The notes beneath the pieces were generated by a model, which ran no database searches, was not told the origin of the DNA, and worked only from the letters and a program-made list of their open reading frames with translations. Of a stretch of 64,000 bases of DNA, positions 26,845-37,181 are shown one piece after another. The stretch covers positions 1 through 64,000 of the forward strand of contig JAADGS010000026.1 in NCBI GenBank assembly GCA_013152275.1, written 5' to 3'. Numbering within the stretch: the stretch's first letter is position 1; each line of letters begins with the position of its first letter. This DNA is from Actinomycetota bacterium (GTDB taxonomy: Bacteria; Actinomycetota; Acidimicrobiia; Spongiisociales; UBA4744). Made by a program: the position numbers and the translations under genes.

Positions 26845-27981
26845 CTAGCCCTCCCAGTTCCAGAAGTCGACGTCGAGTTGAGTCGCTGTGTCGGCACCTG
26901 ACGCTTCCATGATCTTGGCGACGTTCTCGGTCGGTCCGGTGACAACGAGCGACACGACGGCCGGATCATTACCGGCCAGCCACGCCGCCACGGCGTCGGC
27001 ATTGCTGAGCGCCTCCGAAGTCGGACCCCCTGCTTTCATCAGTTCGGGATGTGATGCCAGATTGTCGAGAGCGCGACGCACCTGTTGGAGGGCAGAGGTG
27101 ATGCTACTTCCGCCGTTCGGGCGGCAGCCGAGCCGGCCACCGCCTCCCGAAGACCCGGACGTCATATAGCCGACCGCGGAATCGAGGATGGTCGGCTCTC
27201 CACACGTCTCGTACCCGAGCATCTCGAAGGAAGGGTGCAGCGGGTCTGGTGGAAGGGCAGGAGTCACGTCGAAACCGACCCACACGATGCGTGCCTCGCC
27301 CTCTGCCGGCTGGAGCGCCTCGGCTTCGGAAATGCTGATGGGGTCCTCCCACCACTGCAGCTGCACGGTGACGACGGTGTCCGCAGGTAGTCGCTCGGGT
27401 GTGAATGGGCGGGATCCATCCCCAACGAAGTAGGGGAGGAGCGGTGAGCCGTTTTCGCCGGTGAACCTGACCAATCCCAGATGCGTGTTGAACGTACCGA
27501 GGGGGCGTGTGGCGTCGCCGATGGGACGGACCAGATCGACAGCGAGGTCTCTGCCGAAAGGAGTCGGGTTGTTGCGCCAACCCGACACCCGGGCTCCGGG
27601 TGTGGAGAGGACGGGCAGGTCCCACGTCGCGATCGCGGCAGCACGAATCCGGTCGCCGCGATCGACGAGGAGAGGCTGGATGGCGAACGCCGACAGGATT
27701 GTCAGCGCCACTGCACCGATGATCCAGATGGAGATGGCATCGAACACGAGCCGGAACAGGGTTCGGCGGATCGTCTTTCGCAACTGCTTCTCATCCCATG
27801 GCTGAGCCGGCCGGCCGATCGTGTTCCCCAGATGGACGGGCGCCTCCACGCCGTCCGGGATGCTTCGGCACTCATCGCACCCGGCCAGGTGTTCTTCGAG
27901 TTCGGCTCTCGTGCCGGGCTCGAGGCTGTCCTCGACGTAGCCTTCGAGCAGGTCACGAGCAATGTGATGTTCCACGCTCAC
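26845..27981 (-). CDS. Zinc-finger (zf-HC2) anti-sigma factor with TM and extracytoplasmic domain
   Basis: HLAGCDEC ZAS motif and one TM helix; overlaps the sigma gene stop. Confidence 0.85.
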   Translation of the reverse strand: MSVEHHIARDLLEGYVEDSLEPGTRAELEEHLAGCDECRSIPDGVEAPVHLGNTIGRPAQPWDEKQLRKTIRRTLFRLVFDAISIWIIGAVALTILSAFAIQPLLVDRGDRIRAAAIATWDLPVLSTPGARVSGWRNNPTPFGRDLAVDLVRPIGDATRPLGTFNTHLGLVRFTGENGSPLLPYFVGDGSRPFTPERLPADTVVTVQLQWWEDPISISEAEALQPAEGEARIVWVGFDVTPALPPDPLHPSFEMLGYETCGEPTILDSAVGYMTSGSSGGGGRLGCRPNGGSSITSALQQVRRALDNLASHPELMKAGGPTSEALSNADAVAAWLAGNDPAVVSLVVTGPTENVAKIMEASGADTATQLDVDFWNWEG

Positions 27982-28436
27982 GCCTCCTTCTCGAATGCGG
28001 TCCGAAATGCCGCCCGTGCCCGGTGGATGATCACTTTGGTTGCGCCGAGGCTCTTGCCCAGAACTCCCGAGACCTCTTCGTACGACAGTCCGAGTTGGTC
28101 ACGGAGAATCAATGCCGACCGCTGTGTTTCAGGGAGATTGGCCAGCACCGTCCGGACCGTGATCTGCTGGGCGATATCCGGATCGAAGGCCGCCACATCC
28201 GTCGGTTCGTCGCTCGTTGGGTTTCGCGAGCGACGGCGGACGTCGTCGAGGAAGGTGGTGCGGGCAATCGCAAATAGCCAGGCTCGTGGGCTTCCGCCCC
28301 GGTACCCGGCGAGCGCCCGAGTGGCCCGCACGAACGTGTCCTGCATCAGATCCTCCGCCCACACGGGGTCCCGGCATTGCGAGACCAGGTACGCGTAGAT
28401 CGCCCGTGCGTGATCCCGGTAGAACTTCTCCAGCAT
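27978..28436 (-). CDS. ECF RNA polymerase sigma factor
   Basis: AEDLMQDTFVRA, WLFAIAR and LSYEEVS...KVIIHRAR. AAGGAGG RBS. Confidence 0.92.
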   Translation of the reverse strand: MLEKFYRDHARAIYAYLVSQCRDPVWAEDLMQDTFVRATRALAGYRGGSPRAWLFAIARTTFLDDVRRRSRNPTSDEPTDVAAFDPDIAQQITVRTVLANLPETQRSALILRDQLGLSYEEVSGVLGKSLGATKVIIHRARAAFRTAFEKEA

Positions 28437-28551
28437 CCCCCTCCTTTACCGGGCACTGCCGTGGACACGGTAGGTGAGGACGCCGGCGCTTCGCGATCAA
28501 CGTCTCCTCGATACCTTCCGGCAGTTGTGATCGTTCGCCTCATACCAGGGA

Positions 28552-28578
28552 GACGAACAGGAAGGTACAAAAGTTACA
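28552..28578 (-). promoter_or_regulatory. Candidate ECF autoregulatory promoter
   Basis: TGTAAC-N17-CGTC on the minus strand upstream of the sigma gene. Confidence 0.45.
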
Positions 28579-28766
28579 GTCCGTGCTTCGCGCAGCCTTT
28601 CGGCCCGGCGCGCTCCACCGTCGGGGGAGATGATCGGCGGGGAGCCGTCTGCCCGTGTCGAGTGCCGCGTCGGCAAGGACCACGTGAAGATCCTGATCTT
28701 GGCTCGCTCTTGCGCACACGGTCATGGCACGAAGTACTATCACGAGGGAAGACCAGGGGGTGAGTG

Positions 28767-29192
28767 ATGGCCGATACCGACAAGAGCCTGGATGATCTGT
28801 TGGAGGAACTCGCCGAAGTGCAGGGGCGTCTCCTCGAGTTGCCGTCCGACGCTTTCGCCGAGCGGTTCGGACTTCAGAAACGTCAGGACGCCCTTCGGGA
28901 GCAGACGGCCAGGTTCGCCCGGGACTGGGATCTGGACCGCAGCAGTGAAGATTTGTTGGCCGAGCTCGTTTCGCTCCAGGCACGCGTGAAGAGCATCGAC
29001 AGCCTGCGCATCAACACCGCCGCACAGCAATTCAGTTCCGACGGCTCCATCGGGCCGATTGGCGATGGTGGGGGAGCCATACGCCTGAATCAAGGCATCG
29101 CCGACGCCCAGGGGGTCGGCGAACTTCAGGCAAGAATCGGACGCATCAAGGCGATCCTGACCGACCGTGGTGTCGACTTCGATACGAGGTAG
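28767..29192 (+). CDS. Hypothetical coiled-coil protein (paralog 1)
   Basis: Clear paralog of 41065-41484, which supports coding status. Confidence 0.8.
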   Translation: MADTDKSLDDLLEELAEVQGRLLELPSDAFAERFGLQKRQDALREQTARFARDWDLDRSSEDLLAELVSLQARVKSIDSLRINTAAQQFSSDGSIGPIGDGGGAIRLNQGIADAQGVGELQARIGRIKAILTDRGVDFDTR

Positions 29193-29782
29193 CCGAGGCG
29201 TGGGCTCTCTGGACTTCCTCGCCGGCATCGCCGTCGGCTTGGCCGTGGCCCGGGGTGTCTGTTGCCGGCGCGGATTCCCGTGGCGTCGACGCACCGGGTA
29301 TGCCACGAACTGGAATGAAAGCCGGACCTTGTCCATATCCTCGAGCCGAAAGATCACATCCTCCCGGCCCTCTCCCAGGCGAAGGATCCAGCGGCTCGAT
29401 AGGGCAGGTCGCGCTCCGTCCCCGCTACGCGGTTCCCCCTACGCAACCGACGTGGCTCCTTCAACAGGGACGTGGTCGACGCCTTCATCGATGTCGGCCT
29501 GGGCCATCCATGGACGCAAATCCGACTCCAAGGCACTCGGATCCTGAGCCAGAAGCCGAATAACTTTCGGCTGCCGTTCCGTCAACCCGCCGGCTTCCGA
29601 CGGAGACTGCGACGGGAACGGTGCACGTATCACCTCATTCTTCTCCCCCGATCCGTAGGCCTCAGACGATGCGTGTCGGGGGAAACGGGGGAGAGTCATC
29701 CTGCTGCGGCGCGTCTGTCCACGGTGAGGGGCCACGTCGGATACGACCGCTTTGAAACAGGTCTCTGCATACTATCGAGCCG

Positions 29783-31108
29783 ATGAGCAGCAGATCATGG
29801 CGTCGTCGTGTCGTGCACTCCGTGCGGGCGGACTGGAGCGAGGTGGGGAGCCTCGGCAGATTGGCCTTCGTCGGTATCGTGCTCTCTCTCGTTGTCACGA
29901 TCGTTCTGGGGTTCTCGATTCAGAATGCGACACGGCGACACCTGCTTGCGGCGCGAGGGCAGATCTTGGCCAATGTGATCGAGGAGATCGAGGCCCAACA
30001 CCTTCGCCCCTCATCGGGACCGGGCGGTGCGAGTTATGAGGCGTTCGATCAGGAGGTTCGACTTCGGCTGATCGGTGGAGAGACACTCCGTGTCAAACTT
30101 TGGGCGCCCGATGGCACGATCCTGTATTCGGACGATCCGGACCTGGTCGGGTCGGTATTCGAGCTTTCACCGCCGGCCCTTTCTGCACTGCGCGGCGAGC
30201 AGACGTACAACATCTCAGACACCTCGGATCCGGCTCACGCCGATGAGAGCTCCGTCGGTTCACTCATCGAGTTCTACATCCCCTATCACGACCCGGCAGG
30301 TGAGATCATCGGGGCATTCGAGGTCGAACAGCGGATCGATACGCTGCAGAAGACCCTGCAGAGGGTGGGTGTCAACGTATGGCTCACGATAGGCAGCGGG
30401 TTGTTGCTGCTCGGGGGCTTCATGCTTGCTCTTCTGCTTGCTCGTGCCCGCGCATTCAACCTCCGTCGGAGGCAGGTCGAGTCGCTCGTTGGTGAGATCC
30501 TGAAGGCGCAGGAGAACGAGCGGCGACGCATCGTCGGTGCCCTGCATGACGATATCGGGCAGCCCCTCTACCGACTTCTCTACGGACTGGAAGGAGGTAA
30601 GTCACGTCTTCCCGCAGGCAGCCCGGTTCGAAGCGAACTGGATCGGCTGGAGGGGATCGTGCGAGATATCGACGCAACGCTGCGCACCGAACTGCGGGTG
30701 CTCCATCGTGGTCTTGCCGAGGACTTGGGGCTGGAAGCCGCCTTGGCCCAGCTTCTGGACGCCACCAGGCAAGAGACGGGGCTCGACATCGACTTGTCGG
30801 TGAACCTCGGCAACGAGCCGGACCCGATCCCGCGATCGGCACTGCTGCGCGCCGCTCAGGAAGCTGTGACCAATATCCGAAAACACTCGGGGGCAGCCTC
30901 GGTATCGGTTGGCGTGTGGGAGCAAGACCGGGAGGTCATCATGGAGATTGTTGATGATGGGTTCGGAGTGAAGGGCCCTCGAGGTCTTGGACTCACAACG
31001 ACCCGGGAGAGGCTCGAATCGATCGGCGGAGGCATCGAGGTGCGGCCTCGTCGCGAGGGAGGCACCGTCTTTCGTGCATGGGTGCCACTTCCGGAGCCGG
31101 GCGCATGA
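29783..31108 (+). CDS. Sensor histidine kinase (HisKA_3 type)
   Basis: Two TM helices, ERRRIVGALHDDIGQ, QEAVTNIRKHS, DDGFG and GLGL. Confidence 0.93.
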   Translation: MSSRSWRRRVVHSVRADWSEVGSLGRLAFVGIVLSLVVTIVLGFSIQNATRRHLLAARGQILANVIEEIEAQHLRPSSGPGGASYEAFDQEVRLRLIGGETLRVKLWAPDGTILYSDDPDLVGSVFELSPPALSALRGEQTYNISDTSDPAHADESSVGSLIEFYIPYHDPAGEIIGAFEVEQRIDTLQKTLQRVGVNVWLTIGSGLLLLGGFMLALLLARARAFNLRRRQVESLVGEILKAQENERRRIVGALHDDIGQPLYRLLYGLEGGKSRLPAGSPVRSELDRLEGIVRDIDATLRTELRVLHRGLAEDLGLEAALAQLLDATRQETGLDIDLSVNLGNEPDPIPRSALLRAAQEAVTNIRKHSGAASVSVGVWEQDREVIMEIVDDGFGVKGPRGLGLTTTRERLESIGGGIEVRPRREGGTVFRAWVPLPEPGA

Positions 31109-31734
31109 GGGTCGTCATCGCCGATGACCACCGCATCGTGCGCGAGGGGTTACGGTTCATGTTGTCCGATCACCCCGATGTCGAGATCGTCGCAGAAGCC
31201 GAGAACGGTGAAGACCTCTTGGAGACGCTGGAGGCGGTCAAGGCCGATGTGGTTCTTCTGGACCTTCGGATGCCCGGCATGACGGGACTCGAAGCCTTGG
31301 ATCGGATTTCTGCCGACCACCCCCGGACAAAGGTCATCATCCTCTCGATGCATGACGATCCGGGCTACGTGCGTCGCGCCGTCGAGCTGGGGGCGTCAGG
31401 CTATCTGCTCAAGAACACTGGACGTGACGAGCTTCTGAGGGCACTGAAGGCGGTCCAGGAGGGCGGTGCGTATATTCAAGGAGAGATCATGGGCCCTCTC
31501 CTGTCGATATTCACGCACGGTTCCGAAGAGCAGGACACGCCGTCGTTGAGTCCACGAGAGAGTCAGGTCCTGCAGCTCGTCGCCGACGGTTGTGAGAACA
31601 AGCAGATTGCCAAGGATCTCGGCGTGTCCGAAGCGACCGTCAAGACGTACCTCAAGAACGTGTTCGCGCGCCTCGGAGTGCGCAGCAGGGCGGAGGCCGT
31701 CGCGGTCGGGTTACGAATCGGAATCATCGAATAG
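31105..31734 (+). CDS. NarL/LuxR-family response regulator
   Basis: ADDHRIVREGL, LLDLRMP and LSPRE..VL..VADG..NKQIA..L.VSEATVK. ATGA overlap with the kinase. Confidence 0.95.
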   Translation: MRVVIADDHRIVREGLRFMLSDHPDVEIVAEAENGEDLLETLEAVKADVVLLDLRMPGMTGLEALDRISADHPRTKVIILSMHDDPGYVRRAVELGASGYLLKNTGRDELLRALKAVQEGGAYIQGEIMGPLLSIFTHGSEEQDTPSLSPRESQVLQLVADGCENKQIAKDLGVSEATVKTYLKNVFARLGVRSRAEAVAVGLRIGIIE

Positions 31735-31755
31735 GGTCTTTCCGCCTTGCCCCCA

Positions 31756-31793
31756 TCGCCCAAACGGGTGATGGTCTCGTCCCAAACGGGTGA
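31756..31793. promoter_or_regulatory. Tandem response-regulator-type operator
   Basis: CCCAAACGGGTGA at 31759-31771 and 31781-31793 (22-bp period). Confidence 0.6.
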
Positions 31794-31853
31794 CTACCAG
31801 GAGCCGCTCGTTTCCTGTACGTTCCTTCGAACGGAAGGTAAGGAGCTATTCCC

Positions 31854-32327
31854 ATGCGTAATCTGAGAATCTTCGCGATTGTTGCCGTGCTGGCGGTGCT
31901 CGCCGCCGCCTGCGGCGGAAACGCTGCCGTGGATACGACGGCGGCACCGACCACGACGGCGGCAGCGACCACGACGGCGGCACCCGCGGAAGGCCCGGTG
32001 GTCGTGCATGTCGTTGCCAACGAGATGACGATCACCTCCGATCTGACCACGTTCAAGGTGGGGGTGCCATACCGTTTCGAGGTCACGAATGAAGGTGCCA
32101 TCGCGCACGAAGTCATGCTGGTGGAGCCGACAGATTCCACCGACATGGAAGCGATCGATGAGATCGCCAAAGGTATGGTCGAGGCAGAGGACCTGGTCCC
32201 GGGCGCCACGGAGTCATTCGACTACACATTCACGACGGCGGACCTGGCGGGTCCGCTGGAGCTGGCGTGCCACGTTCCGGGCCACTACGAGGCCGGCATG
32301 TCGCTACCGATCACCGTCGAGGGCTGA
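31854..32327 (+). CDS. Cupredoxin (type-1 blue copper) lipoprotein
   Basis: Lipobox AAAC, Thr/Ala linker, HEVM and CHVPGHYEAGM copper ligands. Confidence 0.9.
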   Translation: MRNLRIFAIVAVLAVLAAACGGNAAVDTTAAPTTTAAATTTAAPAEGPVVVHVVANEMTITSDLTTFKVGVPYRFEVTNEGAIAHEVMLVEPTDSTDMEAIDEIAKGMVEAEDLVPGATESFDYTFTTADLAGPLELACHVPGHYEAGMSLPITVEG

Positions 32328-32351
32328 ACCGATCCGATCGAAGGTTTGGGG

Positions 32352-32381
32352 GCCGGCGGGATACCGCCGGCTCTCTTCGTT
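32352..32381 (+). terminator. Intrinsic terminator
   Basis: GCCGGCGG-GATA-CCGCCGGC followed by TCTCTTCGTT. Confidence 0.65.
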
Positions 32382-32751
32382 CGTGTGCCACCGGGGCGTT
32401 GATCGCCCGACACCGTGGCTCTGCTGCGGGCTCCGGGTTGGGTGTTGATCTTGTGTGCATCATTGCCGCCGGGATTCGTATTCCGGGGTTGTGTCATGTC
32501 GCGGATTCCGAAGTTTGGGCCGATCGTATTCGTGCCGTGCGCTCGTCCGGAGTCGTGCCGTTGAAACGCTACAGCTTGCGTGTCAGGACTGCTTCCGAGA
32601 CGGTGAGGCACGAGATGTCATGCGTGTTCGATTGCGGTGGCAGCCGACATGCACCAATGGCCTACGCCATGCGCCTGTGCGGCCTGCTCATGTGGAACGA
32701 AGCTGCGCGGACCGACGAGGCCGCCGATGTTCGTATGGTCGCGAAGAGGGA

Positions 32752-33816
32752 CTATCCCTCCTGTGGGGGGCGATCCTGCTGCGGATCGGGTGACGCATCC
32801 GGGTGGTGCCGCCTCCGGCTGCGGTTTCGTAGCTCGGTGGTGCCTTCGATGAAGGGGGTGAGGTCTTCCACCGGGGTGAGCGCGATGTCGCCCGCCGGCA
32901 GACCGCAGGCGCGGAGGGTCACGACGGTGTCGGGAAGATCGACCACCGCGGCCCAATTGTTGCCGTCGACCAGCATCTGACCGTCCCGCATCGTGTCGTC
33001 GATCGATAGCTGGAAGTGATCCCACACCGGGATGGGGCGGCGCTCGAACTCCTCGTAGCGCCGGGCTGCCCACCGGGCTGCCTCGTCGGGTGAGAGGCTC
33101 TCGGGCGGCGGTCCGAAGCTGTCGTGCCACAAGCCGCGGGTGACGTCTGCTTTGACAAGTTCGACAGCGGGCAGGCCGGGCAGCTTCCACTGCGTGTCCA
33201 CCCGCAGATACGGCCCATCAGGTGGCTCTCCATAGATGAGTTCTATGCGCTGTAACCCCACCGGTGAGGCCCAGCCATGGCCACCCGGCGAGCGCAGGCC
33301 GTCCCATTGCGCGAGACCGTACGGTGGCCCTGGGGCGGCCTCGACTGCCTTCACGAGCCGCTTCGTCTCCAACTGCTCGGCTCGTGTCGGGCTCACGGTC
33401 TGCACCAACTCGGTCCACAAACGTTCTCGGCCGGATGTTCGCAGTGCGGTCGTGAGCACCGCCAGCCACATCACGACCAGCCACCCGACTGCCACCGGAA
33501 ACCATGGCCACGCGACGGTCACCTGGGCGAGGACTCCCAAGCCGACCCCGACGGCCGTACCGGCGATCCACAACAATGGCACCAGCTCGATGGTTCGGTG
33601 CCGCAACACTATCTGCAGTGCCCGGTATGGCCAGAACGACTGGAAATACCGGACCGTCAGCAGGCCGGCCGTCCCAAAGGCCCACTGGTGACCGTTGACA
33701 CATCGAAACCGTGGTCCTGAGAACCGGCCGTGCGTTAGCCGGCCTCTCAACCGTGCCCACCGGCCCGAAGTGGCTGTCTGTCCTTCCGACCCGCAGACCG
33801 GACACGGCGCATCCAT
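32752..33816 (-). CDS. Hypothetical membrane protein with N-terminal Cys motif
   Basis: Long ORF with CPVC...CVNGH and two TM segments. Confidence 0.6.
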   Translation of the reverse strand: MDAPCPVCGSEGQTATSGRWARLRGRLTHGRFSGPRFRCVNGHQWAFGTAGLLTVRYFQSFWPYRALQIVLRHRTIELVPLLWIAGTAVGVGLGVLAQVTVAWPWFPVAVGWLVVMWLAVLTTALRTSGRERLWTELVQTVSPTRAEQLETKRLVKAVEAAPGPPYGLAQWDGLRSPGGHGWASPVGLQRIELIYGEPPDGPYLRVDTQWKLPGLPAVELVKADVTRGLWHDSFGPPPESLSPDEAARWAARRYEEFERRPIPVWDHFQLSIDDTMRDGQMLVDGNNWAAVVDLPDTVVTLRACGLPAGDIALTPVEDLTPFIEGTTELRNRSRRRHHPDASPDPQQDRPPQEG

Positions 33817-33882
33817 CGACCCGATCCACGATCCCCGGCTCTTGTATCGCACACCATGAGTATGCCAGCCCAACGCGGGGGT

Positions 33883-35175
33883 TCAGCAGGCCGGCTTGCC
33901 GACGTCGTTTGTCACCGTAACGGGCGGGGGCCGGTCGAAAGTGCCTTCAACAAGGCCCATGGCGACGTCACCGGCAGCCGTGACATCGACCGGTTGCCCG
34001 CCGACGGTGACTTTCCAGTCGGGATCTTCGACGATCACGATGGCGTAGCCTGCGTTGGAGTAGTCGACTCGGTAGCAGCCCTGCCAGGTCTCGCCCGGCT
34101 CGCCACCAACGAACCCTTCGCCGCCGCCGGTGAACAGCTCTGCCGCCCAGTAGTAGGTCGCGGCCGGCTGTTCGTCCTTGATCATCACGACGAACCCGTC
34201 ACCGAACGGGAACCGGGCCACCGGTTCGTTACCTTCGGGAAGGTCGAAGTCTTCGGGAAGGAACGAGGAAGAGTCGATGCTCGTTGCCAGCAGCGACGAT
34301 TCGTTGCTGTTGGACGGAAAGTCATCGGGCCAGCGAACCGGGTCGCTGATGATGGTGGACCCATCGATGGTGGCAGTGACGGTCGCATCGTAGGGGGAAG
34401 GTCCAAGATCGAGGACGTCGGCGGTGAAGTGCGCCGGTGCGTCCAGGCTGACCGTGCCCTCCCAACAGTTGCCCGTCTGTCCCGCCGTGAGGTCGAACTG
34501 TCGTGACGCTCCGTTGCCGGCGGTGACCATCACGGATCCGGTCACGCCGGCCGGTGGTTTTGCGATGTTGCCGACGAGTGCGGAGAACGGGGCATCTGCT
34601 TCGAGGTCTCGGCCGGACGGATACCAGAACACCTGGGCGTACGGGGGTGGCGGCTCCCCGCCTGTCGTGGTGATCAGCTCGAAGGCCCAAGAGGCGTCGC
34701 CCTGATCGCCCCGACCGAACACGTCGATCCGATAGGTGCCGGTCGGACCCGGCCGCTCGACCGGCGCTCCTGCCGGATCGACACGGACCACGGCACCGCC
34801 GCTGCAGTACTCACCTCCTGGCAGGAACTGCGCCTGGATCACCCATGGCAGCGGGAACATCATCGCAAGGTCGGCGGTGTCGGCGAGCGTGACACTGGGG
34901 AGCGGATCCGGCGGCGGCCCGTCGGCGCACACCACTTGTCTTTGTCCTTCGCCGCCGGTTGACCAGCAGTAGCTGATGGCGGCGAGGGTGAGCCGTTCGT
35001 CGCCGGCGACAACCACGAGGTCCGGGGGATGATCACGCTCAACCGTCGCATCGCTCGGCGTCGACGCCGTGGCCGATGTGTCGGCTCCGAGGTTGTTCGG
35101 GCCTCCCGGGCCTGCAGCGCAGGCAGTGGCTACCACAAACAAGAGCGCCAACAATGTCGAGCGTGTCATTGCCAC
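33883..35175 (-). CDS. Hypothetical lipoprotein
   Basis: Signal LLALLFVVATAC; 430-aa acidic extracellular domain. Confidence 0.75.
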   Translation of the reverse strand: MAMTRSTLLALLFVVATACAAGPGGPNNLGADTSATASTPSDATVERDHPPDLVVVAGDERLTLAAISYCWSTGGEGQRQVVCADGPPPDPLPSVTLADTADLAMMFPLPWVIQAQFLPGGEYCSGGAVVRVDPAGAPVERPGPTGTYRIDVFGRGDQGDASWAFELITTTGGEPPPPYAQVFWYPSGRDLEADAPFSALVGNIAKPPAGVTGSVMVTAGNGASRQFDLTAGQTGNCWEGTVSLDAPAHFTADVLDLGPSPYDATVTATIDGSTIISDPVRWPDDFPSNSNESSLLATSIDSSSFLPEDFDLPEGNEPVARFPFGDGFVVMIKDEQPAATYYWAAELFTGGGEGFVGGEPGETWQGCYRVDYSNAGYAIVIVEDPDWKVTVGGQPVDVTAAGDVAMGLVEGTFDRPPPVTVTNDVGKPAC

Positions 35176-35176
35176 C

Positions 35177-35554
35177 TCACGTTACTCCCGACCGGCCCGA
35201 CTCCCAGGGCGAGTGTCCCGGAATCCTGGCAGGGCTCGTCAGCGGTTTGGGGCGTCTCGTCGACGCCTCGGCGGCGATCTCTCCAGGGTGTCGAACTGCC
35301 GGATCCAACTGTGCTGCGCCGAGGCAGGGAAGCGCCACCCGGCGCCACCGGGCCGGCCTGCCAACCCGTCGTTCGTCGATGAGCTGAACGGCGAGTTCGG
35401 GTATCGGACCGAACTCGCCGATCGGGGCGGTGTCCTTGTCGTCGAGGTGCTCGACGAGCTCGGCGATGAGTTCCTCGATGGCACGCCCGTCCACACCCGA
35501 ATGGCCGAGCCGGGTGGCGGGCTGGTGCAAATACAGGCGGGCGGCGTCAGTCAT
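35177..35554 (-). pseudogene. Truncated PadR-partner (HAAS-like) protein
   Basis: YLHQPATRLGHSGVDGRAIEELIAELVEHL....EFGP..ELA. TGATG coupling to the PadR remnant; the C-terminus is decayed. Confidence 0.5.
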
Positions 35555-35880
35555 CAGGTCGTTCCTTCCATCACGGCGGTCACACGCGTCGCGAGCTCGC
35601 ACCAATACGGGCCGGCGGCCTGCAGCACGTCTGGTCCCTGGCAGGTCGGCTCGTAGTGCTTGCGTTCCGGACCTTGATCGCTGGGCTTCCACGTCGTGGA
35701 GACCGGAGCGTCCTGTGCCAACCGGGAGAGAAGCGGTAGAAGGTTCCACCTTTGATTGGTCCGAGACCGGCATCCTCGAGGGTTCCGGCGATCTTGCAGG
35801 CGTAGCGCTCTCGGTCTTCGAGGAGGCCGAGCACGCAGAGATCGATGGCTCCCTTGAGCCATCGACCGCTTCTGGCGGTG
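35554..35880 (-). pseudogene. Frameshifted PadR-family regulator
   Basis: WLKGAIDLCVLGLLEDRERY...GLGPIKGGT in one frame continues as PLLSRL...WKPSDQGPERKHY in another. Confidence 0.7.
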
Positions 35881-35990
35881 GTGGGTCGGGGGGCCGTGTG
35901 GGTAGCTTTCTCATCTACAGGCCGGTCTCGATCGGGTGGCTCGTCTTGACCATGGCCGGGTCTCCACTGCGTGTGGGTTGAGGATGTGAT

Positions 35991-36752
35991 TCAGGGCACA
36001 TACACGGGGAGGGTGGTGACTCGGAAGCCACCGTCCTGGGCGATGACGGTGAAGGGAAACTGGGTTTCGGGCGGACCGCTTGAATCGTCGCCACAGCATG
36101 GTCCTCTGGTGAACGGCACGCCGGCACTGGTCTCGAACTCCACCCAGAACTGGTAGCTGTCACCGGTGATCAGGCCAGGTAGCACCCGCCGGACACGAAG
36201 GTCGCAGAGCAGTTGGTTGCAGGCGGCCTCCAGCAGGGCGACGTGATCGGAAGCATCAACCGTCGGGTTCCAGTCGATCACGGTGTCGAGGCTGCCCGCA
36301 TAGAGTTCCGCGGCGGTGGCGTAATCGCCCGTCCGCATCGCGGAGAGGAACCGTTCCAAAGTGGAGACGGCTGAACGCACCTCGGGGGTGTCCGGAAGCG
36401 AGGCAAGCCCTCTGAGTTGCGTCAACTCCTCCTCGTAGCGGACCCGTTCGGCCTCACATGCCACCTGGGCCGACTCGAAGATCCCTCGCAGTTCGGCCTC
36501 TTGAGCGCTGATCCTCTCCGTCTCACTTCGGCTGTCTTGCAGGGTCTGCTCCAACTCGGCGACCCGAGTGCGCAATCCCGTCACCTCGGCTGCAAGTTCG
36601 ACGATCCTCTCTCGGAGATGCTCGGCCTCAGCCGGCGGGGCCGACGTCGTCGACGCGACAACAGAGGCCGACGTCGTCGATTCGGAAACCTCTGCAGGGC
36701 TGCATCCGACAATCAACCCTGACACCACCAGGCCCAGCAAGAAACGGTTCAC
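35991..36752 (-). CDS. Hypothetical lipoprotein with coiled coil
   Basis: Signal NRFLLGLVVSGLIVGC, Ser/Thr linker and heptad-rich segment. AAGGAG upstream. Confidence 0.75.
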   Translation of the reverse strand: MNRFLLGLVVSGLIVGCSPAEVSESTTSASVVASTTSAPPAEAEHLRERIVELAAEVTGLRTRVAELEQTLQDSRSETERISAQEAELRGIFESAQVACEAERVRYEEELTQLRGLASLPDTPEVRSAVSTLERFLSAMRTGDYATAAELYAGSLDTVIDWNPTVDASDHVALLEAACNQLLCDLRVRRVLPGLITGDSYQFWVEFETSAGVPFTRGPCCGDDSSGPPETQFPFTVIAQDGGFRVTTLPVYVP

Positions 36753-36837
36753 ATACAACACTCGCTCCTTCCCGTCAGTTCGGTCCGCCGGCGGGTTGGC
36801 GCGGACCTTGGCGTCGCTGTCGAGGGCGGCTACTGGT

Positions 36838-36866
36838 GTATTCGCTGCCGAGCCCGTTTGGGTTCC
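36838..36866 (-). promoter_or_regulatory. ECF promoter motif copy 1
   Basis: GGAACC-N13-CAGCGAATAC on the minus strand. Confidence 0.65.
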
Positions 36867-37181
36867 AGGATACGCGCTCCTCTGTTGGGGGATGATGCGT
36901 GTCGATCTCGCGTGGTTCTGTTCACACGTGTGGGTTGGGCCCCGGGTGCCGCACAGGGGACTCCTTGGATGGAGCAGGTCGCGTTCTGCACTTCGGCGCG
37001 TCGGCTCGGCTGCGGATGTGCGCCCGATGTTCTTGCAGCCTGCAGGGTGTGGCGGGGTGTGGGTCGCCGGCGGGGGAGTGCGGGAGGGTCGCGTCTGGGC
37101 CGGGGGGAGATGGTCTCGCATGCGGGTGTCCTGGCCGGATGACGGTCGCTCTGCCGGGAGGGGTGTGCCAGCATATGTCTG

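Noticed and set aside
29783..31734. DosS/DosR identity for the two-component system
   Set aside because: The kinase has a TM-flanked external sensor rather than GAF domains, and its adjacent operator has a different sequence.
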